Below, piece by piece: positions 36,346-48,316 of a stretch of DNA of 64,000 nucleotides. The notes below the pieces were generated by a model. The model made no database searches. It was not told the origin of the DNA and worked only from the letters and a program-made list of their open reading frames with translations. The position numbers and the translations under genes are program-made. This stretch comes from Candidatus Obscuribacteraceae bacterium (GTDB lineage: Bacteria > Cyanobacteriota > Vampirovibrionia > Obscuribacterales > Obscuribacteraceae), in contig JBGAHS010000003.1 in NCBI GenBank assembly GCA_044226015.1, forward strand, positions 256,001 through 320,000. Reading direction: 5' to 3'. Position 1 is the stretch's first letter. Each line of letters starts with the position of its first letter.

Positions 36346-36732
36346 GTCTTCCGTCGGCAGGAACCGACAATTTAGATGTATTCAGCAAGTTTTTCACGTA
36401 AATTTCGCGAGCACTCGCTTAGAGTTCAAATATTCTGCTCGTGCAACAACCTCAATAAAGAAGCACAGCAGATTCTACTAATAGTTCAATCTGCAACTAA
36501 TCCCACGTTCAATATCAATAGAGATCGCCCAATGACCTTGGTTGGCACCGAAGGAGCGAATTAGATGAATGATAGTTCCAAATCAAATCTAGAAGATGTG
36601 CAAGTTCTTGTTTTTGACATCGAGCCAGAAAAGAACCAACTGAAGGAAACAGAAGTCCCTGCAGAAACGGCATCGAACAATTATCATCAGTTCTTCTCGA
36701 TTGATGATTAGTCCTCCGCATCCGACTTGTCC

Positions 36733-37722
36733 TCATGCCATCAGATTAAGCACGGCAGCAGCAGCTCGCAGACCGCTCAAATAAGCGCCCTCCACACGTC
36801 CGCTGCTACACCAGTCACCACACACGACAAGATTAGCTGATTGGAGAATCTCAAAATTCTGCTCTTCCTGCGGAATTGCATAGAGCCAGCGATGCGATTT
36901 GATGTATTCTGCGCTGATTGCTTCCTGCTTCGTAACGCTGAAAAGTTCGCCGAGCAACATTGTTGAAACATCGTCAGCAGAGAGGTTCAAGTGCTCTTCG
37001 GCCCATTCATGTGTCGAATGAAGCACCCAGCGCTCACCGCAGGGGCGAAGCGGCTTGCTAGAGTCTCGGCTAATCCAACTCAAAGATGCCCCGCTAACGA
37101 ATAGACCATCATATGGAATTTGCAATCTGCTGCTCAAGCTCACGAAGGTAGCCCAGCAGGCGGCCATCTCTATTGAAGCAGATTTTGCTTGTAAATCTGG
37201 AAAGTTCTCCATTAGCAATGCCGCTTGCGCCGCCGGAACCGCTACTACGACGGCAGCGAACCCCGAAGACTTAGAGCCATCCTCAAACTGCAGATTGTAC
37301 TTCCGTCCATCTATATCAATACGGGTCACACGCCGCTCTGTTTTCACAGCCAAATTTCGAGCGAGATACTCAGCCACAGAGCGCATATAAGGAACACCTA
37401 CATAGCGCTCATGAGTATGCCGCTCGGCTTCAAACACACCTTCGTCAACCTTAGCAATTTGCCCCTTCCATAACGCAGCCGCGTTGTTCGCGACCAATGA
37501 CCTTACTTCTTTCTGGAAGACTTCGGACCTTGCTGTGAAGTACTGTGCTCCATGGTCAAAATATGCGGAAGCGTCTGTCCGACTGGCAAATCTAGTGGCA
37601 ACTCTGCCACCAGTATGGCGTCCCTTATCAAACAACTGAACATCCACATTGTGTTTCAGCAATTCATTAGCGCAACTCAGACCAGATATTCCCGCACCAA
37701 TTATTGCTACCTGAGCTTTCAT
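36733..37722 (-). CDS. Renalase-like NAD(P)/FAD-dependent oxidoreductase
   Basis: IIGAGISG, DKGR..GGR.ATR, FDHGAQYFT and CGDW...RVEGAYLSG motifs. Confidence 0.92.
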   Translation of the reverse strand: MKAQVAIIGAGISGLSCANELLKHNVDVQLFDKGRHTGGRVATRFASRTDASAYFDHGAQYFTARSEVFQKEVRSLVANNAAALWKGQIAKVDEGVFEAERHTHERYVGVPYMRSVAEYLARNLAVKTERRVTRIDIDGRKYNLQFEDGSKSSGFAAVVVAVPAAQAALLMENFPDLQAKSASIEMAACWATFVSLSSRLQIPYDGLFVSGASLSWISRDSSKPLRPCGERWVLHSTHEWAEEHLNLSADDVSTMLLGELFSVTKQEAISAEYIKSHRWLYAIPQEEQNFEILQSANLVVCGDWCSSGRVEGAYLSGLRAAAAVLNLMA

Positions 37723-37728
37723 ATCGTC

Positions 37729-37839
37729 TTATCCACCTAGTCGTCCGGAAGCATGCAGCATTGGTGAGCGCGTCGAGCGATGCAATGCACTTGCGCACAT
37801 GCGTGCACTATAGTTCTGCTCGTGAAACGAAACTGACAT
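37729..37839 (-). CDS. Possible 36-aa small protein
   Basis: AGGAG RBS at 37846-37850; the ORF fills the gap between two co-oriented genes. Confidence 0.3.
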   Translation of the reverse strand: MSVSFHEQNYSARMCASALHRSTRSPMLHASGRLGG

Positions 37840-37861
37840 CACGGTCTCCTAAATCAATCAA

Positions 37862-38620
37862 CTAGCGAGCGGACAGACTCTGAGCCTGCGCCATCTTTAC
37901 CGTGGATAGACCTCCATCAACCGCGATCACCTGCCCAGTCACCCAACTACTCTCAGCGCTGAGAAGCCATGCAATCGCATTTGCCACGTCCTCAGGTTCA
38001 CCGAGCCTTCCCAGTGGGTGCATCGAAAGCGATGACTGGCGACTGGTATCATTTGCGGTGACTGATTTTGTAAGCTCGGTCTGCACCAACCCAGGGGCGA
38101 CGCAGTTCACACGCACTTTCTGACGCGAATACGTTGCTGAGGCAGCCAGCATGAGACCCTCGACACCAGCTTTAGCAGCCGATATCGCCTCATGATTCGA
38201 GAGCCCGATATGAGCAGCCGCGGTCGACAATAAAACGATAGAGCCGCCATCCTTCCTCATCAACTTAGCTGCAGCACGCACACAGGCGAACGCAGAATTC
38301 AGGTTTGTAGAAATCACACCGTTAAAATCAAGTTCGCTGGTGAGGTGAGCAGGTTTCAAGAGCAGACTGCCCACGCAGTTCACGGCTCCGTCGACGCGCC
38401 CGAATTTCTCTGCAGCCCTCTCAAAACAGCCATCAACATCATCGAAATTCCGTGCGTCTAGAACATGGTAATCGCAGCCGAGTTCTTTAGATAGCTCGAC
38501 CAGTTTCGCTTCGTCGCGACCAGCAGCCATCACCTTCGCACCGATGCGCTTGAGACGACGACACAGTGCGGAGCCGATGCCACCACTGGCACCGAGGACA
38601 ACATAAGATGAGTTCTGCAT
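37862..38620 (-). CDS. Short-chain dehydrogenase/reductase
   Basis: GASGGIG, VNCVAPG and VTGQVIAVDGG motifs; the catalytic YxxxK appears as IxxxK. Confidence 0.92.
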   Translation of the reverse strand: MQNSSYVVLGASGGIGSALCRRLKRIGAKVMAAGRDEAKLVELSKELGCDYHVLDARNFDDVDGCFERAAEKFGRVDGAVNCVGSLLLKPAHLTSELDFNGVISTNLNSAFACVRAAAKLMRKDGGSIVLLSTAAAHIGLSNHEAISAAKAGVEGLMLAASATYSRQKVRVNCVAPGLVQTELTKSVTANDTSRQSSLSMHPLGRLGEPEDVANAIAWLLSAESSWVTGQVIAVDGGLSTVKMAQAQSLSAR

Positions 38621-38764
38621 GACTAACGAGCTTGCCTCTGTCTAACACTACGTTGTCACAATAGAACTCTTTGATGAACGCGGCGTGAACAGTCGCGTTC
38701 ACAAAGCCGGTCAAATTCAACTTGCACAATAACGTGAGCAAACGCTTTGACTGCGAACAAAGAT

Positions 38765-39000
38765 AGCCCTAAGCGATACTAAGACAGAGCTACGCGATAC
38801 CAAGATAACAGAACGCGATACTGAGGCAGAGCTATGCGAACTAAGACAGCAAAACGCGATACTTAGACAGAGCTACGCGAACTAAGACAGCACAACGAAG
38901 CAGAGATAACGGCTACGCAATAGAGAGACAGAGCTACGCGATACCAAGGCAGAACTGCGCATATGCGAGAAGCACACAACGAAGTAGCGATAGCGATAGC
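38765..39000. repeat. Degenerate 19-21-bp tandem repeat x~11
   Basis: cgcgatactaagacagagcta-like units. Confidence 0.85.
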
Positions 39001-39002
39001 GG

Positions 39003-40232
39003 CTACGCGATGCTGAGATAGCGCCTGGCACGGCTAGGGTACTGCAGCAATAACTCTAGTGTAGAAGCTGCCGATGGTCCAATCATGAATTCACCCATCT
39101 GCGTTTCCATTGCCTTCAGCGTAGCGACCATATCAACCAGACTTGTTTTATTCGCCTTGCGCGCCTTCGCCAGCCCGCGAGCATGCAATCTTGCTAGCGT
39201 ATATGCCATGACGAGATGATGGAACCCGGTGACCATGCTCAGATGTCCGAACCCGGCACCGAAGTACTTCTTGCCGAACAACATTGAATACACATAACGG
39301 TAGATCATGTCGTTGATCTCAGGATCATCCTCTGGAAAGGGAAATTCCTTCAGCTGGTCAATTGCATATGTTTCGACAGCCGATGGCGTGTTGAATTCAA
39401 AAACGCTTCCCGCCTTGAACCAGACACCAAGCCAAAACTTCGGCACGTTAAAAAGCGCTCGGAAGTTGCGACGAGGGAAATACATTTTGTGAAAGGTGGA
39501 CAGCAAATGCTTATCAATTTTGTTCAGGGCAGCTGAACGCTGCTCTGTTGACGCCTGGGCCGCCGGCGCTTTAGCGGAAGCTGCGCCACCTCGAGGGGTG
39601 CTTGCGACAAGCTCGGCAAGGTAATCACAGCAGTCCATCAAGCGCTCGGTCATCGTTTTACTCTTATCATTGATGCGCTTCATCAGCTCTGCCTCGTACT
39701 GCAGATACTGGTCCCAGGTGATGGGCTGTTCGACTGACAGTTGAATCTTCGACCAATCAGCGGTGTAGTGAGGATACAACTTTTTGAAATCAGCAAACTT
39801 CTGATTGATGGTATCACGCTGCTCGACAAGCGGCGTTCCCTGATTGTGCAAAACGGCTAGGCTGACAAAGCTTACAGTGGCATACACACCCGAAGGAGTC
39901 TCAGTGAAAGCATAGGGAAACTGCTGGCAAATCGTCGGCTTGAACGGCCCACCCTTCTCTCCGTGAATGAAACAAAGCTTGTTCACAAGAAAAGGACAGG
40001 TATCATCTAACGAAACAATACGGTGGGTGTAGCCGGTTCCAGCCCTTTCGTGCGGCTTCAGCTCACGAAACATGGGGCGCTTCCATTCATCCTTGAACTG
40101 CCCCCAATCAACGGAGGAAACACGCTTATAGTCTTCCTCCGACATGTTAACGGACCAGCCGCTGCAGCAAACTCCGCACCCCTGGCAGTCGTAGTTAATT
40201 CCCTCTGGAATGTGAATTTCAGTGTTAGGCAT
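39003..40232 (-). CDS. YkgJ family cysteine-cluster (putative Fe-S/Zn) protein
   Basis: CQGCGVCC...CPFL...CFIH...KPTICQQFP motif. Confidence 0.88.
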   Translation of the reverse strand: MPNTEIHIPEGINYDCQGCGVCCSGWSVNMSEEDYKRVSSVDWGQFKDEWKRPMFRELKPHERAGTGYTHRIVSLDDTCPFLVNKLCFIHGEKGGPFKPTICQQFPYAFTETPSGVYATVSFVSLAVLHNQGTPLVEQRDTINQKFADFKKLYPHYTADWSKIQLSVEQPITWDQYLQYEAELMKRINDKSKTMTERLMDCCDYLAELVASTPRGGAASAKAPAAQASTEQRSAALNKIDKHLLSTFHKMYFPRRNFRALFNVPKFWLGVWFKAGSVFEFNTPSAVETYAIDQLKEFPFPEDDPEINDMIYRYVYSMLFGKKYFGAGFGHLSMVTGFHHLVMAYTLARLHARGLAKARKANKTSLVDMVATLKAMETQMGEFMIGPSAASTLELLLQYPSRARRYLSIA

Positions 40233-40398
40233 AGTGAGTCCGATAAAGTTGATTAGTAAGGTGCCTAAAACAATATGCCAGGGAAACTGCAAATTATGCA
40301 AGACATAACAACGATAAAGACAACATGAATAAGCAAAGAGTTTCCAAGATGAAGATTATGATGGTAGTGCTAGGTACTTTGGAAATTCCGAGGCGACC

Positions 40399-40791
40399 AT
40401 GGAATCAAACACTAACCCCCAAAATCAAAATAACGACAGTTCGAATAATACTTCTAACAACACTCAGGCAAATCAATTTAAAAAGGCAATCGATGTTTTT
40501 GCTGATGCCAGCAACCAGGTTTTAAGCACTGTAGGCTGGGTCGCGCAACAATTGAATGCGCCAGGAAATGTCTTTCGCCTGTCTGACGCATTAGGACAAA
40601 CTGCAGAAATCACACTCTCCATTCCCGCTGCTGGCACTGGTGAAATCGTTGTTTTGCTCGGAAAAAGTCGAAGGTATTACGCGGCAAAAAGCAAAGATCC
40701 GCAAGCGGAAATTAAGCGTGGTAGTAAAGTAAAAATTGTGGATATCGCAGTCAGCACAATGTATGTCGAACCTATTCAAATAGAGTCATAA
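40399..40791 (+). CDS. NfeD-like C-terminal OB-fold protein
   Basis: GQTAEITLSIP...GEI...AKS...IKRGSKVKIVDI...VEP pattern. Confidence 0.75.
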   Translation: MESNTNPQNQNNDSSNNTSNNTQANQFKKAIDVFADASNQVLSTVGWVAQQLNAPGNVFRLSDALGQTAEITLSIPAAGTGEIVVLLGKSRRYYAAKSKDPQAEIKRGSKVKIVDIAVSTMYVEPIQIES

Positions 40792-40982
40792 CGACGCTTT
40801 TGAGGTTTGTAGCCTTCTTCAAGCAAATAATTATTTCTGCGAACTATAACAGACTTGTTGGACGGTTGTTGGCTAAACTATAAATAGAATCCCGCCTCAG
40901 TATTCACGGTGCTGACCAACGAAAGCAAAGCGAATTGCGCCTTTGCGGAATCCCTCCATCGCAGAACGGTAGGATCGCCGCT

Positions 40983-43900
40983 ATGAAGAACACTATCTTT
41001 CCCTCTCATAAAGACCGCACAAATAGTACTCGGCTATTGTGCGCTCTGGCACTCTCCATCGGCATCATTAGCGCAGACTCTGCATTTGCAGACAATCTCA
41101 CGCCAGGTTCAAATAACAGCGGATTACTCGGCAATGTGCTTGGAGCAAATGGACTTCTACACAATGTCACTACATCGCTGCCAGGAACAGTCAACAATTT
41201 GACGGCACCTCTAAGCGGCGTTGCACCGCGCGCGGTGCCTGCAATAAACAACATTAGCAATTCGCTGATTCAGCCGGTAGCGGCTCCTCTCTCAAACATA
41301 ACTGGCAACCTTCCTATCAATAATATTTCGGGAAATCTGCCCATCAACAATGTTTCTCACACGCTACCGATATCTAATATCGGCAGCATGACTGGTAATC
41401 TCCCTGGCGTATTCTCCAGTGCAGCCAGCGCAGTTCAAAACGGCTCTACCGGCTCTCACCTGCACACAGGTCTTCCAAACAACATTCCTGGCACAAGCCA
41501 TCTAAACCATTCGCTAAACAATAAGCTCTTACAGCAAAATCAAAAGGCAAATAAGGTGAGCACACAGTTGTCCGTTCCAGGGCAAGTAACACTCATTCAA
41601 GATGCCTCGAGAATTCCCATATACAGCGTGCCAAGCGTAGCAGCAGCGCGCGGACTGAGTGCCATCAGCGGTAAGTTCACCGAGCTTCCAGTAGCAAAAC
41701 AGATGCCTTCATCGAGCCTTCACCCTAGAGCGGGCACAGAATTTATTCATGATGGCAGCGGCAATATTCAATTGCATCACGGCACGATGCTTGTTTCAGT
41801 GGCAAACCAAAAGCACTCAGGGCTTGTTCATACTCCAACTGGAGCGGTGTGGATAGGAAGGAAGGCAAACGTTATCATTCAACAGAATGACAATCTACTG
41901 CGCATTCAAAATCTAGATAGCATAGGACACAATGTTCGCCTGAACATCGGCTCAAAGCTAGATAAGCTAGAATCTATTGCCGTCGGTGCAGGATATGAAT
42001 TGGTTGCATCAAATTCGCCGCTTACTAGAGAACAGCTATTTCCCGCCGATGGAGTAGGTAGAAGAGCAAGCATTCTGGTCGGCAACGGCCACATTGGCGT
42101 GTCCGAAATCAATCTTGTCTCGCTTATAAAATCAACCCCAACCATTCTGGGTCTGCAACGGTCGAATGCTGAAGATAGACAACTCTTCAATACCCTTACA
42201 AAAACAGCGGCAGTACTCGACTTCACGCGGGGAAGAGTGGGCTTCATTAGTATTGCTCCGATTGTACAAGACCTTGGACAAACAGCACGAACTGTAACCA
42301 GAACGGTGACAGGAGTAGTGCGCAACGCGGCGTCGGATGTGCTGGGTATAGTATCAGATATTTTGCCAGGAACCGGGGGTGGAACGACACCACCGCCTGT
42401 GGTGCCCCCTGTCGTTCCTCCGGTTGTTCCACCCATCACACCGCCACCTCCCGGAACACCAGGCGGTCCAGGCGTGGGCAACGGAACTGGGTCATCAGCT
42501 CAGCAAGTTCTACCAAACGCCTCAGCTTCATTACCTGGAACAACAGTTGCACCAGTTGAACCATCGATCTTACAAGCAACCACATCGGAAAGTCGTTCAC
42601 CGGTAGTTCCAACCGACATAACTCCAATGTCCCGCCAATTCAAAGAAGACCGAGCGCAGCGGCAGCAGAGCCCTGCTTCATTGACGAAGTCACGATCGCA
42701 GGACAAACGGCAACTCGCACTTTTCCACGAGCAAGCACATCCAGCCGAAACGGCATCGGGCAGTCGCAGAGACAAAGAACAATCGAAGCAATGGCTCAGA
42801 CAAGACAATCAGCAAGACCCTTATGCTATGCCAGACTACCCATTCCTGAGCAATCTGGTCAGCCCAACGCATCACCCGTCCGCATCCAATCAAGCACCAA
42901 TTAAGGTTTCGTATCCGAGACATTTCATGTCTGCGGTAACGGAGAACGTCCGAAGGTTTCCAGAGTTCTTCATAGCGATGGCAGCAGCAATTGCTTTGCT
43001 ATTCATCGTTGCTTTATCTCTGGCTAGAACCGCTCTAACTCGCGCGCGACAGCTAAGCTCAACTAACGCTACTCTCAGCAAAGAAATTCAAGAACGCAAA
43101 CAGCTTGAATCAAAAACTCTTGAGCTTAACGAAGCGCTGGAAAGGAGACTTGATGAATTAGCACTGCTGAACAAAGAACTGGAGCAAGCGCGAGACCAAG
43201 CAGTAGAAGGCTCGCGCCTGAAGTCAGAATTCGTCGCGAATATGTCGCACGAAATTCGCACTCCTTTGAGCGCGGTCATCGGCATGAACTCACTTCTGCT
43301 GTCATCAAATAATCTCGATAAATCTGAAAAGGAATATGCAGAATCAGCAAATAGCGCTGCGCAATCACTCCTCATTTTAGTAAACGACATATTGGACTTT
43401 TCGAAGATGGAAGCAGGAAAATTGCAAGTCGAGTCAGTGCGATTCTCGCTGCCAGATCTTGTTAAAGAGGTCGTTGAAATGTTGACGCCCGAGGCGAAAC
43501 AAAAACAAATCGTCTTGAGAAGCCGCATCGATAGCGACCTGAGAACGTTTTATGTTGGGGATCCACTCCGCTTGCGGCAAGTTCTGGTCAATCTGGCGAA
43601 AAACGCACTGAAGTTTACTAACGACGGAGAGGTGTATATTTCTGTTGACCCTGCCAGGCAGAGCGCCGAATTAGACAACGTTCGATTCACTGTTTCCGAC
43701 ACAGGAATTGGCATTTCTGATGAGGCAAAGGATTTATTATTCCAACCTTTTGTTCAAGCTGATGGTTCCACCACACGAAGATTTGGAGGCACCGGATTGG
43801 GACTCTCCATAAGCAGAAAGCTGGTAGAACTAATGGGAGGTTCAATTCAGTTCAGAAGCGTTCTTGGAAAAGGTTCAAAATTTTGGTTTGACTTGCCATT

Positions 43901-44378
43901 GGAAGCAACAAAAGAAGAGAGCAAAACACAAGACGCCGTCGCAGCAAAAACCGAAGAACCATCATTGAAAGCACCACCATTGGCCGGCGCCGTGCTTGTA
44001 GCCGAGGACAGCCTCGTTATGCAACGACTCACTCGCCAGCTACTTGAAAAACTCGGATGTACTGTAAAGCTTGCATCAAACGGACAGGAAGCACTCGAAG
44101 CTGCGACGCATGAAAAGTTCAGCATTATCTTCATGGATTGGCAAATGCCAGAGCTAGACGGGCTTCAGGCAACTCAGAAGATTCGCGAAATTGAAGAGCA
44201 GCAGGGCGACCACACACCGATAATCGCGCTGACTGCCAATGCAATGCAGGGCGATAAGAAAACTTGCCTTGCTGCAGGAATGGATAGTTATTTGAGCAAG
44301 CCTTACAAAATCGAGGACTTACTGAGCAAAATTCACAAGTATGCAAGAAAAGAAGAAGAACAGAAGGCTCAAGATTAA
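40983..44378 (+). CDS. Hybrid sensor histidine kinase/response regulator with large atypical ectodomain
   Basis: [27 protein letters not shown] and GGTGLGL motifs; receiver domain FMDWQMP. Signal peptide plus one TM helix near 42965-43030. Confidence 0.93.
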   Translation: MKNTIFPSHKDRTNSTRLLCALALSIGIISADSAFADNLTPGSNNSGLLGNVLGANGLLHNVTTSLPGTVNNLTAPLSGVAPRAVPAINNISNSLIQPVAAPLSNITGNLPINNISGNLPINNVSHTLPISNIGSMTGNLPGVFSSAASAVQNGSTGSHLHTGLPNNIPGTSHLNHSLNNKLLQQNQKANKVSTQLSVPGQVTLIQDASRIPIYSVPSVAAARGLSAISGKFTELPVAKQMPSSSLHPRAGTEFIHDGSGNIQLHHGTMLVSVANQKHSGLVHTPTGAVWIGRKANVIIQQNDNLLRIQNLDSIGHNVRLNIGSKLDKLESIAVGAGYELVASNSPLTREQLFPADGVGRRASILVGNGHIGVSEINLVSLIKSTPTILGLQRSNAEDRQLFNTLTKTAAVLDFTRGRVGFISIAPIVQDLGQTARTVTRTVTGVVRNAASDVLGIVSDILPGTGGGTTPPPVVPPVVPPVVPPITPPPPGTPGGPGVGNGTGSSAQQVLPNASASLPGTTVAPVEPSILQATTSESRSPVVPTDITPMSRQFKEDRAQRQQSPASLTKSRSQDKRQLALFHEQAHPAETASGSRRDKEQSKQWLRQDNQQDPYAMPDYPFLSNLVSPTHHPSASNQAPIKVSYPRHFMSAVTENVRRFPEFFIAMAAAIALLFIVALSLARTALTRARQLSSTNATLSKEIQERKQLESKTLELNEALERRLDELALLNKELEQARDQAVEGSRLKSEFVANMSHEIRTPLSAVIGMNSLLLSSNNLDKSEKEYAESANSAAQSLLILVNDILDFSKMEAGKLQVESVRFSLPDLVKEVVEMLTPEAKQKQIVLRSRIDSDLRTFYVGDPLRLRQVLVNLAKNALKFTNDGEVYISVDPARQSAELDNVRFTVSDTGIGISDEAKDLLFQPFVQADGSTTRRFGGTGLGLSISRKLVELMGGSIQFRSVLGKGSKFWFDLPLEATKEESKTQDAVAAKTEEPSLKAPPLAGAVLVAEDSLVMQRLTRQLLEKLGCTVKLASNGQEALEAATHEKFSIIFMDWQMPELDGLQATQKIREIEEQQGDHTPIIALTANAMQGDKKTCLAAGMDSYLSKPYKIEDLLSKIHKYARKEEEQKAQD

Positions 44379-44431
44379 TAAATTGGAGAGACAAAAAAGA
44401 TAGAATTCCCTGACCGAACCGGGGATCCTAA

Positions 44432-45112
44432 GTGAAGTTTGACATTTCAAGAAGGCGTTTCACACAGATAGCAATCGCGAATGCTTCACTCGCGGCACTT
44501 GTTAGACTCGACTCTAAAGCAGCAAAAAGTTCGGTGGAATCAGGTTCTCAGCCGCCGTTTCCAAGGGGCTCACTAGTGGATATTCAACTAAAAATAAATG
44601 GGGAATCGCATTCGATAAAAAATGTCGATACTCGAACAACCTTGCTCGACCTCTTGCGAAATCAGCTTGATTTAACAGGAAGCAAGAAGGGCTGCGACCA
44701 CGGTCAGTGTGGCGCATGCACCGTACTTATTGACGGCAAAAGAATGAACTCATGTTTCCTGCTTGCAGTGATGCAAGAAGGAAAGGAAATTACTACGATT
44801 GAAGGATTGTCCAACGGAGACCATTTGCATCCACTGCAAGAAGCTTTTATTGAGCACGACGGCTTTCAGTGCGGTTATTGCACCTCAGGTCAAATAATGT
44901 CGGCGCTAGGTTTGATAAACGAACCTTGCGGTCACACAGACTCTGATGTTCGCGAGTGCATGAGCGGAAATCTATGCCGCTGTGGAGCTTACCCAAATAT
45001 CATCGCCGCGATACAAGATGTGCGAAAACAATCAAGGACAGGAGAACTCAATTTAGACGCCTGGCTTTCCGCTTCATCATGTAGCAATCAGCAATCAGGG
45101 GGCAAAAACTGA
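44432..45112 (+). CDS. paoA: Aldehyde oxidoreductase 2Fe-2S subunit with Tat signal
   Basis: SRRRF Tat motif; GCDHGQCGAC, QCGYCTSGQ and CRC motifs. Confidence 0.9.
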   Translation: MKFDISRRRFTQIAIANASLAALVRLDSKAAKSSVESGSQPPFPRGSLVDIQLKINGESHSIKNVDTRTTLLDLLRNQLDLTGSKKGCDHGQCGACTVLIDGKRMNSCFLLAVMQEGKEITTIEGLSNGDHLHPLQEAFIEHDGFQCGYCTSGQIMSALGLINEPCGHTDSDVRECMSGNLCRCGAYPNIIAAIQDVRKQSRTGELNLDAWLSASSCSNQQSGGKN

Positions 45113-46095
45113 TGCACCCCTTTGATTACAGCAAAGCCACTACAATTGAGCAAGCAAGAAAAGCTCTGAGTGAAAATAGCAACACAGCATTCATCGCCGG
45201 TGGTACCACTCTGCTAGACCTGATGAAACTGAATATCGAAAGGCCTGAGCGATTGCTCGACATCAATCGGCTAGACCTCCACGAAATCGACCTATCAGAA
45301 GATAAAGTAATCATCGGCGCCCTGGTAACCAACAGTGCCCTTGCCCACAACAAAGAGGTGCAGAGAAGATTTCCAGTTCTATCAGAGAGCATTCTTGCAG
45401 GGGCTTCCGCACAGCTTCGAAACATGGCTACAGTAGGCGGAAATGTTATGCAAAAGACTCGATGCTACTATTTCCGAGACAGCGCATTTCCGTGCAACAA
45501 ACGTGTACCAGGGTCGGGCTGTCCCGCTATTGACGGTTACAACAGAATGCACGCTGTTCTTGGGGGAAGCGACGACTGCGTGGCCACACACGGCTCAGAC
45601 ATGTGCGTGGCGCTGCTCGCTCTGGAAGCGAAGCTGCATATTGACGGCTCAAATGGAAAACGTGTTATTCCACTTGAAGAGTTTTATCTGCTGCCAGGCT
45701 CTACACCCCACAAAGAGAATCTCTTGCAGCCAGGCGAAATTATCACGGCAGTCGAAATCAGCGATAAGCCATTCTCACACCTGTCACATTACATTAAAGT
45801 CAGAGACCGGGCATCCTACGCTTTCGCCTTGAGTTCCGTCGCAGTAGCTCTAGAATTAGACGGCGACACTGTTAAAGATTGCCGCATCGCGCTTGGTGGA
45901 GTCGCGACAAAACCATGGCGCTGTAGCGAAGCGGAAAAGTTTTTGAAAGGACAAAAGTTTTCGCAGCAGGCTTTGACAAAATGCGCAGATGTCGCCCTTG
46001 AAGGAGCGAGAGGACTCAAACACAACTCCTTCAAAATTGAACTAACGAAACGAACTCTGGTCAGAGCCCTGAGCAATCTGGGGGCAAAAGCATGA
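45112..46095 (+). CDS. paoB: Aldehyde oxidoreductase FAD-binding subunit (with 4Fe-4S insert)
   Basis: AGGTTLLD, QLRNMATVGGN, RCYYFR...CNKR.PGSGC and KVRDRASYAFAL motifs. Confidence 0.92.
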   Translation: MHPFDYSKATTIEQARKALSENSNTAFIAGGTTLLDLMKLNIERPERLLDINRLDLHEIDLSEDKVIIGALVTNSALAHNKEVQRRFPVLSESILAGASAQLRNMATVGGNVMQKTRCYYFRDSAFPCNKRVPGSGCPAIDGYNRMHAVLGGSDDCVATHGSDMCVALLALEAKLHIDGSNGKRVIPLEEFYLLPGSTPHKENLLQPGEIITAVEISDKPFSHLSHYIKVRDRASYAFALSSVAVALELDGDTVKDCRIALGGVATKPWRCSEAEKFLKGQKFSQQALTKCADVALEGARGLKHNSFKIELTKRTLVRALSNLGAKA

Positions 46096-48302
46096 ACAGC
46101 AAATTAGAAAAAAATGTCGGCAAGGCGGTTGATCGCGTCGATGGGCGCCTCAAAGTGACGGGGCTGGCAAAGTATGCTGCCGAGTATCCAAAGGACAATC
46201 TCGCGCATGCATTTTTGGTTCAAAGCACCATAAGTAGTGGCAAAATCAAAAGCATCGACAGCAGCAGGGCAGAAGCAGTAACAGGCGTCATCGCTGTAAT
46301 AACATATAAAAACGCCCCCAAGCTTCCACCAAAGAACAATGCCAACTTCGACGACTCATTGCACTTGCTTCAAAGCAATGAGATTTTTCATGACCGCCAA
46401 AATATTGGTGTAGTCGTGGCAGAAACTTTGGAGACAGCAAGGTACGCAGCTTCGCTTTTACAAGTCGAATATTCTAAAAAAGCTGTCGATGTAGACTTGG
46501 CAAAGAACCTGAGTAAAGCAAAATATGCAGAAGGGAAGAAGAACTCTCTTAAAACCCGAGGCGATTTCCAGAATGGGCTAGCTTCAGCCGATGTGAAGAT
46601 TGAAAGCACCTACGTCACTCCAGCAGAAATGCATTCGATGATGGAGCCCCACGCCACAACTGCAGAATGGGATGGCAACAATCTCCATATCTGGGAAAGC
46701 ACACAAGCAATCTTCAACACGAGAAACAAAGTAGCCAAAGCCTTCGGACTAGCAGCGGCAAAAGTGCGTGTAAGCACAGAATTCCTGGGCGGAGGTTTTG
46801 GCTCTAAGTTGGAATGCTGGTCAGGAACCATTCTGGCGGTTCTCGCAGCAAAAATGACACAGCGACCCGTTCGACTCGCGTTAACGCGAGAACAGACCTA
46901 CGGCAACACTGGTAACCGCCCGCAGACTGTTCAGAACCTGATTTATGCAGCCGATAAGAAGGGAAAACTTACCGCCATAAAGCATGAATGCATATCTGAG
47001 AATTGCCGATTTACCGATTTTTCGGAAGACGGCTCAACTGTCTCAACTCATCTTTATTCGTGCCCGAACGTAGTCACAGAATCAAAAGTAGTGGCTCTCG
47101 ACATTAGCAAACCAATCTGGATGCGAGCCCCGGGTGACTGTCCTGGCATGTATGCTGTTGAATGCGCAATGGATGAACTAGCTCACACTTTAAAAATGGA
47201 CCCATTGGAAATTCGTCTACTGAATTACTCAGAGAAAGACGAAAGTTGCGACTTGCCGTGGTCAAGCAAAAGCTTGAAACAATGTTATGAGCAAGGTGCC
47301 AAACTTTTCGGCTGGAACGAACGTAAGCTTGAACCGTCTTCGATGAAATATCACAACAAGCTCGTTGGCTGGGGCATGTCATCGGCAATGCACGGGGCCT
47401 ACCGCATGGAGGCGGGTGCCAAACTTGTTCTAAAAGAAGATGGCAGTGTCACCATAAGCAGTGGCACGCAAGACATTGGTACCGGCACCTACACGATTAT
47501 GACCCAGATTGCCGCTGATGCTTTGGGCTTGCCTTTGGAAAAGGTTCGATTCGAGTTAGGCGACACAAACATGCCAGAAGCACCGCTTAGTGGCGGCTCC
47601 ATGACTGCAGCCACAGCGGGTTCGGCAGTTCATGGTATTTGCCATAATGCAATTGAAAAGCTAAAAGAATTCCTCGTTCAAGAAAAGGGCACAATATTTT
47701 CCGACGCAAACAAAGGCGAACTCTGCGCGCGAAATGAAGGCATTTACCTCGCATCACAAGAAGGCAAGGGTGAATCCTACGTTTCGATATTAAAGCGCTT
47801 ACCCGAGAAACAACTGCTTGTCGAAGCGAAGTTCTCTCCAGATTCGAAGCAACTGGACAAATACTCCAAATACTCATTCGGTGCGCATTTCGCTGAAGTA
47901 ATGGTAGATGCCGAGCTCGGAATTGTTCGAGTCACACGCTTCGTGTCAGCAATTTCAGCAGGCAAGATTATCAATCCTAAGACTGCTGCCAATCAAATCA
48001 AAGGTGGGGTCATATTCGGTATCGGCATGGCTTTGACAGAGGCTCTTCTTCGCGACGAGAAAACCGGGCGAACAATCAATGCAGACCTCGGCGAATATCA
48101 CCTTCCTGTCCACGCAGACATTCCGAACATCGAAGTAGTTTTTGTTGATGAGAAAGACGATGTTGTAAATCCACTCGGAGTAAAGGGTGTTGGTGAAATT
48201 GCCGTTATCGGTGTTGCAGCGGCAATCGCAAATGCGATATTCCATGCAACAGGAAAACGAGTTCGCGAACTTCCAATTACTCTGGACAAACTTTTGACCT
48301 GA
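46092..48302 (+). CDS. paoC: Aldehyde oxidoreductase molybdopterin (MCD)-binding subunit
   Basis: GGGFGSK, MRAPG, QDIGTG and KGVGE motifs; operon with paoAB. Confidence 0.92.
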   Translation: MNSKLEKNVGKAVDRVDGRLKVTGLAKYAAEYPKDNLAHAFLVQSTISSGKIKSIDSSRAEAVTGVIAVITYKNAPKLPPKNNANFDDSLHLLQSNEIFHDRQNIGVVVAETLETARYAASLLQVEYSKKAVDVDLAKNLSKAKYAEGKKNSLKTRGDFQNGLASADVKIESTYVTPAEMHSMMEPHATTAEWDGNNLHIWESTQAIFNTRNKVAKAFGLAAAKVRVSTEFLGGGFGSKLECWSGTILAVLAAKMTQRPVRLALTREQTYGNTGNRPQTVQNLIYAADKKGKLTAIKHECISENCRFTDFSEDGSTVSTHLYSCPNVVTESKVVALDISKPIWMRAPGDCPGMYAVECAMDELAHTLKMDPLEIRLLNYSEKDESCDLPWSSKSLKQCYEQGAKLFGWNERKLEPSSMKYHNKLVGWGMSSAMHGAYRMEAGAKLVLKEDGSVTISSGTQDIGTGTYTIMTQIAADALGLPLEKVRFELGDTNMPEAPLSGGSMTAATAGSAVHGICHNAIEKLKEFLVQEKGTIFSDANKGELCARNEGIYLASQEGKGESYVSILKRLPEKQLLVEAKFSPDSKQLDKYSKYSFGAHFAEVMVDAELGIVRVTRFVSAISAGKIINPKTAANQIKGGVIFGIGMALTEALLRDEKTGRTINADLGEYHLPVHADIPNIEVVFVDEKDDVVNPLGVKGVGEIAVIGVAAAIANAIFHATGKRVRELPITLDKLLT

Positions 48303-48316
48303 ACAGGAGAATAGCC

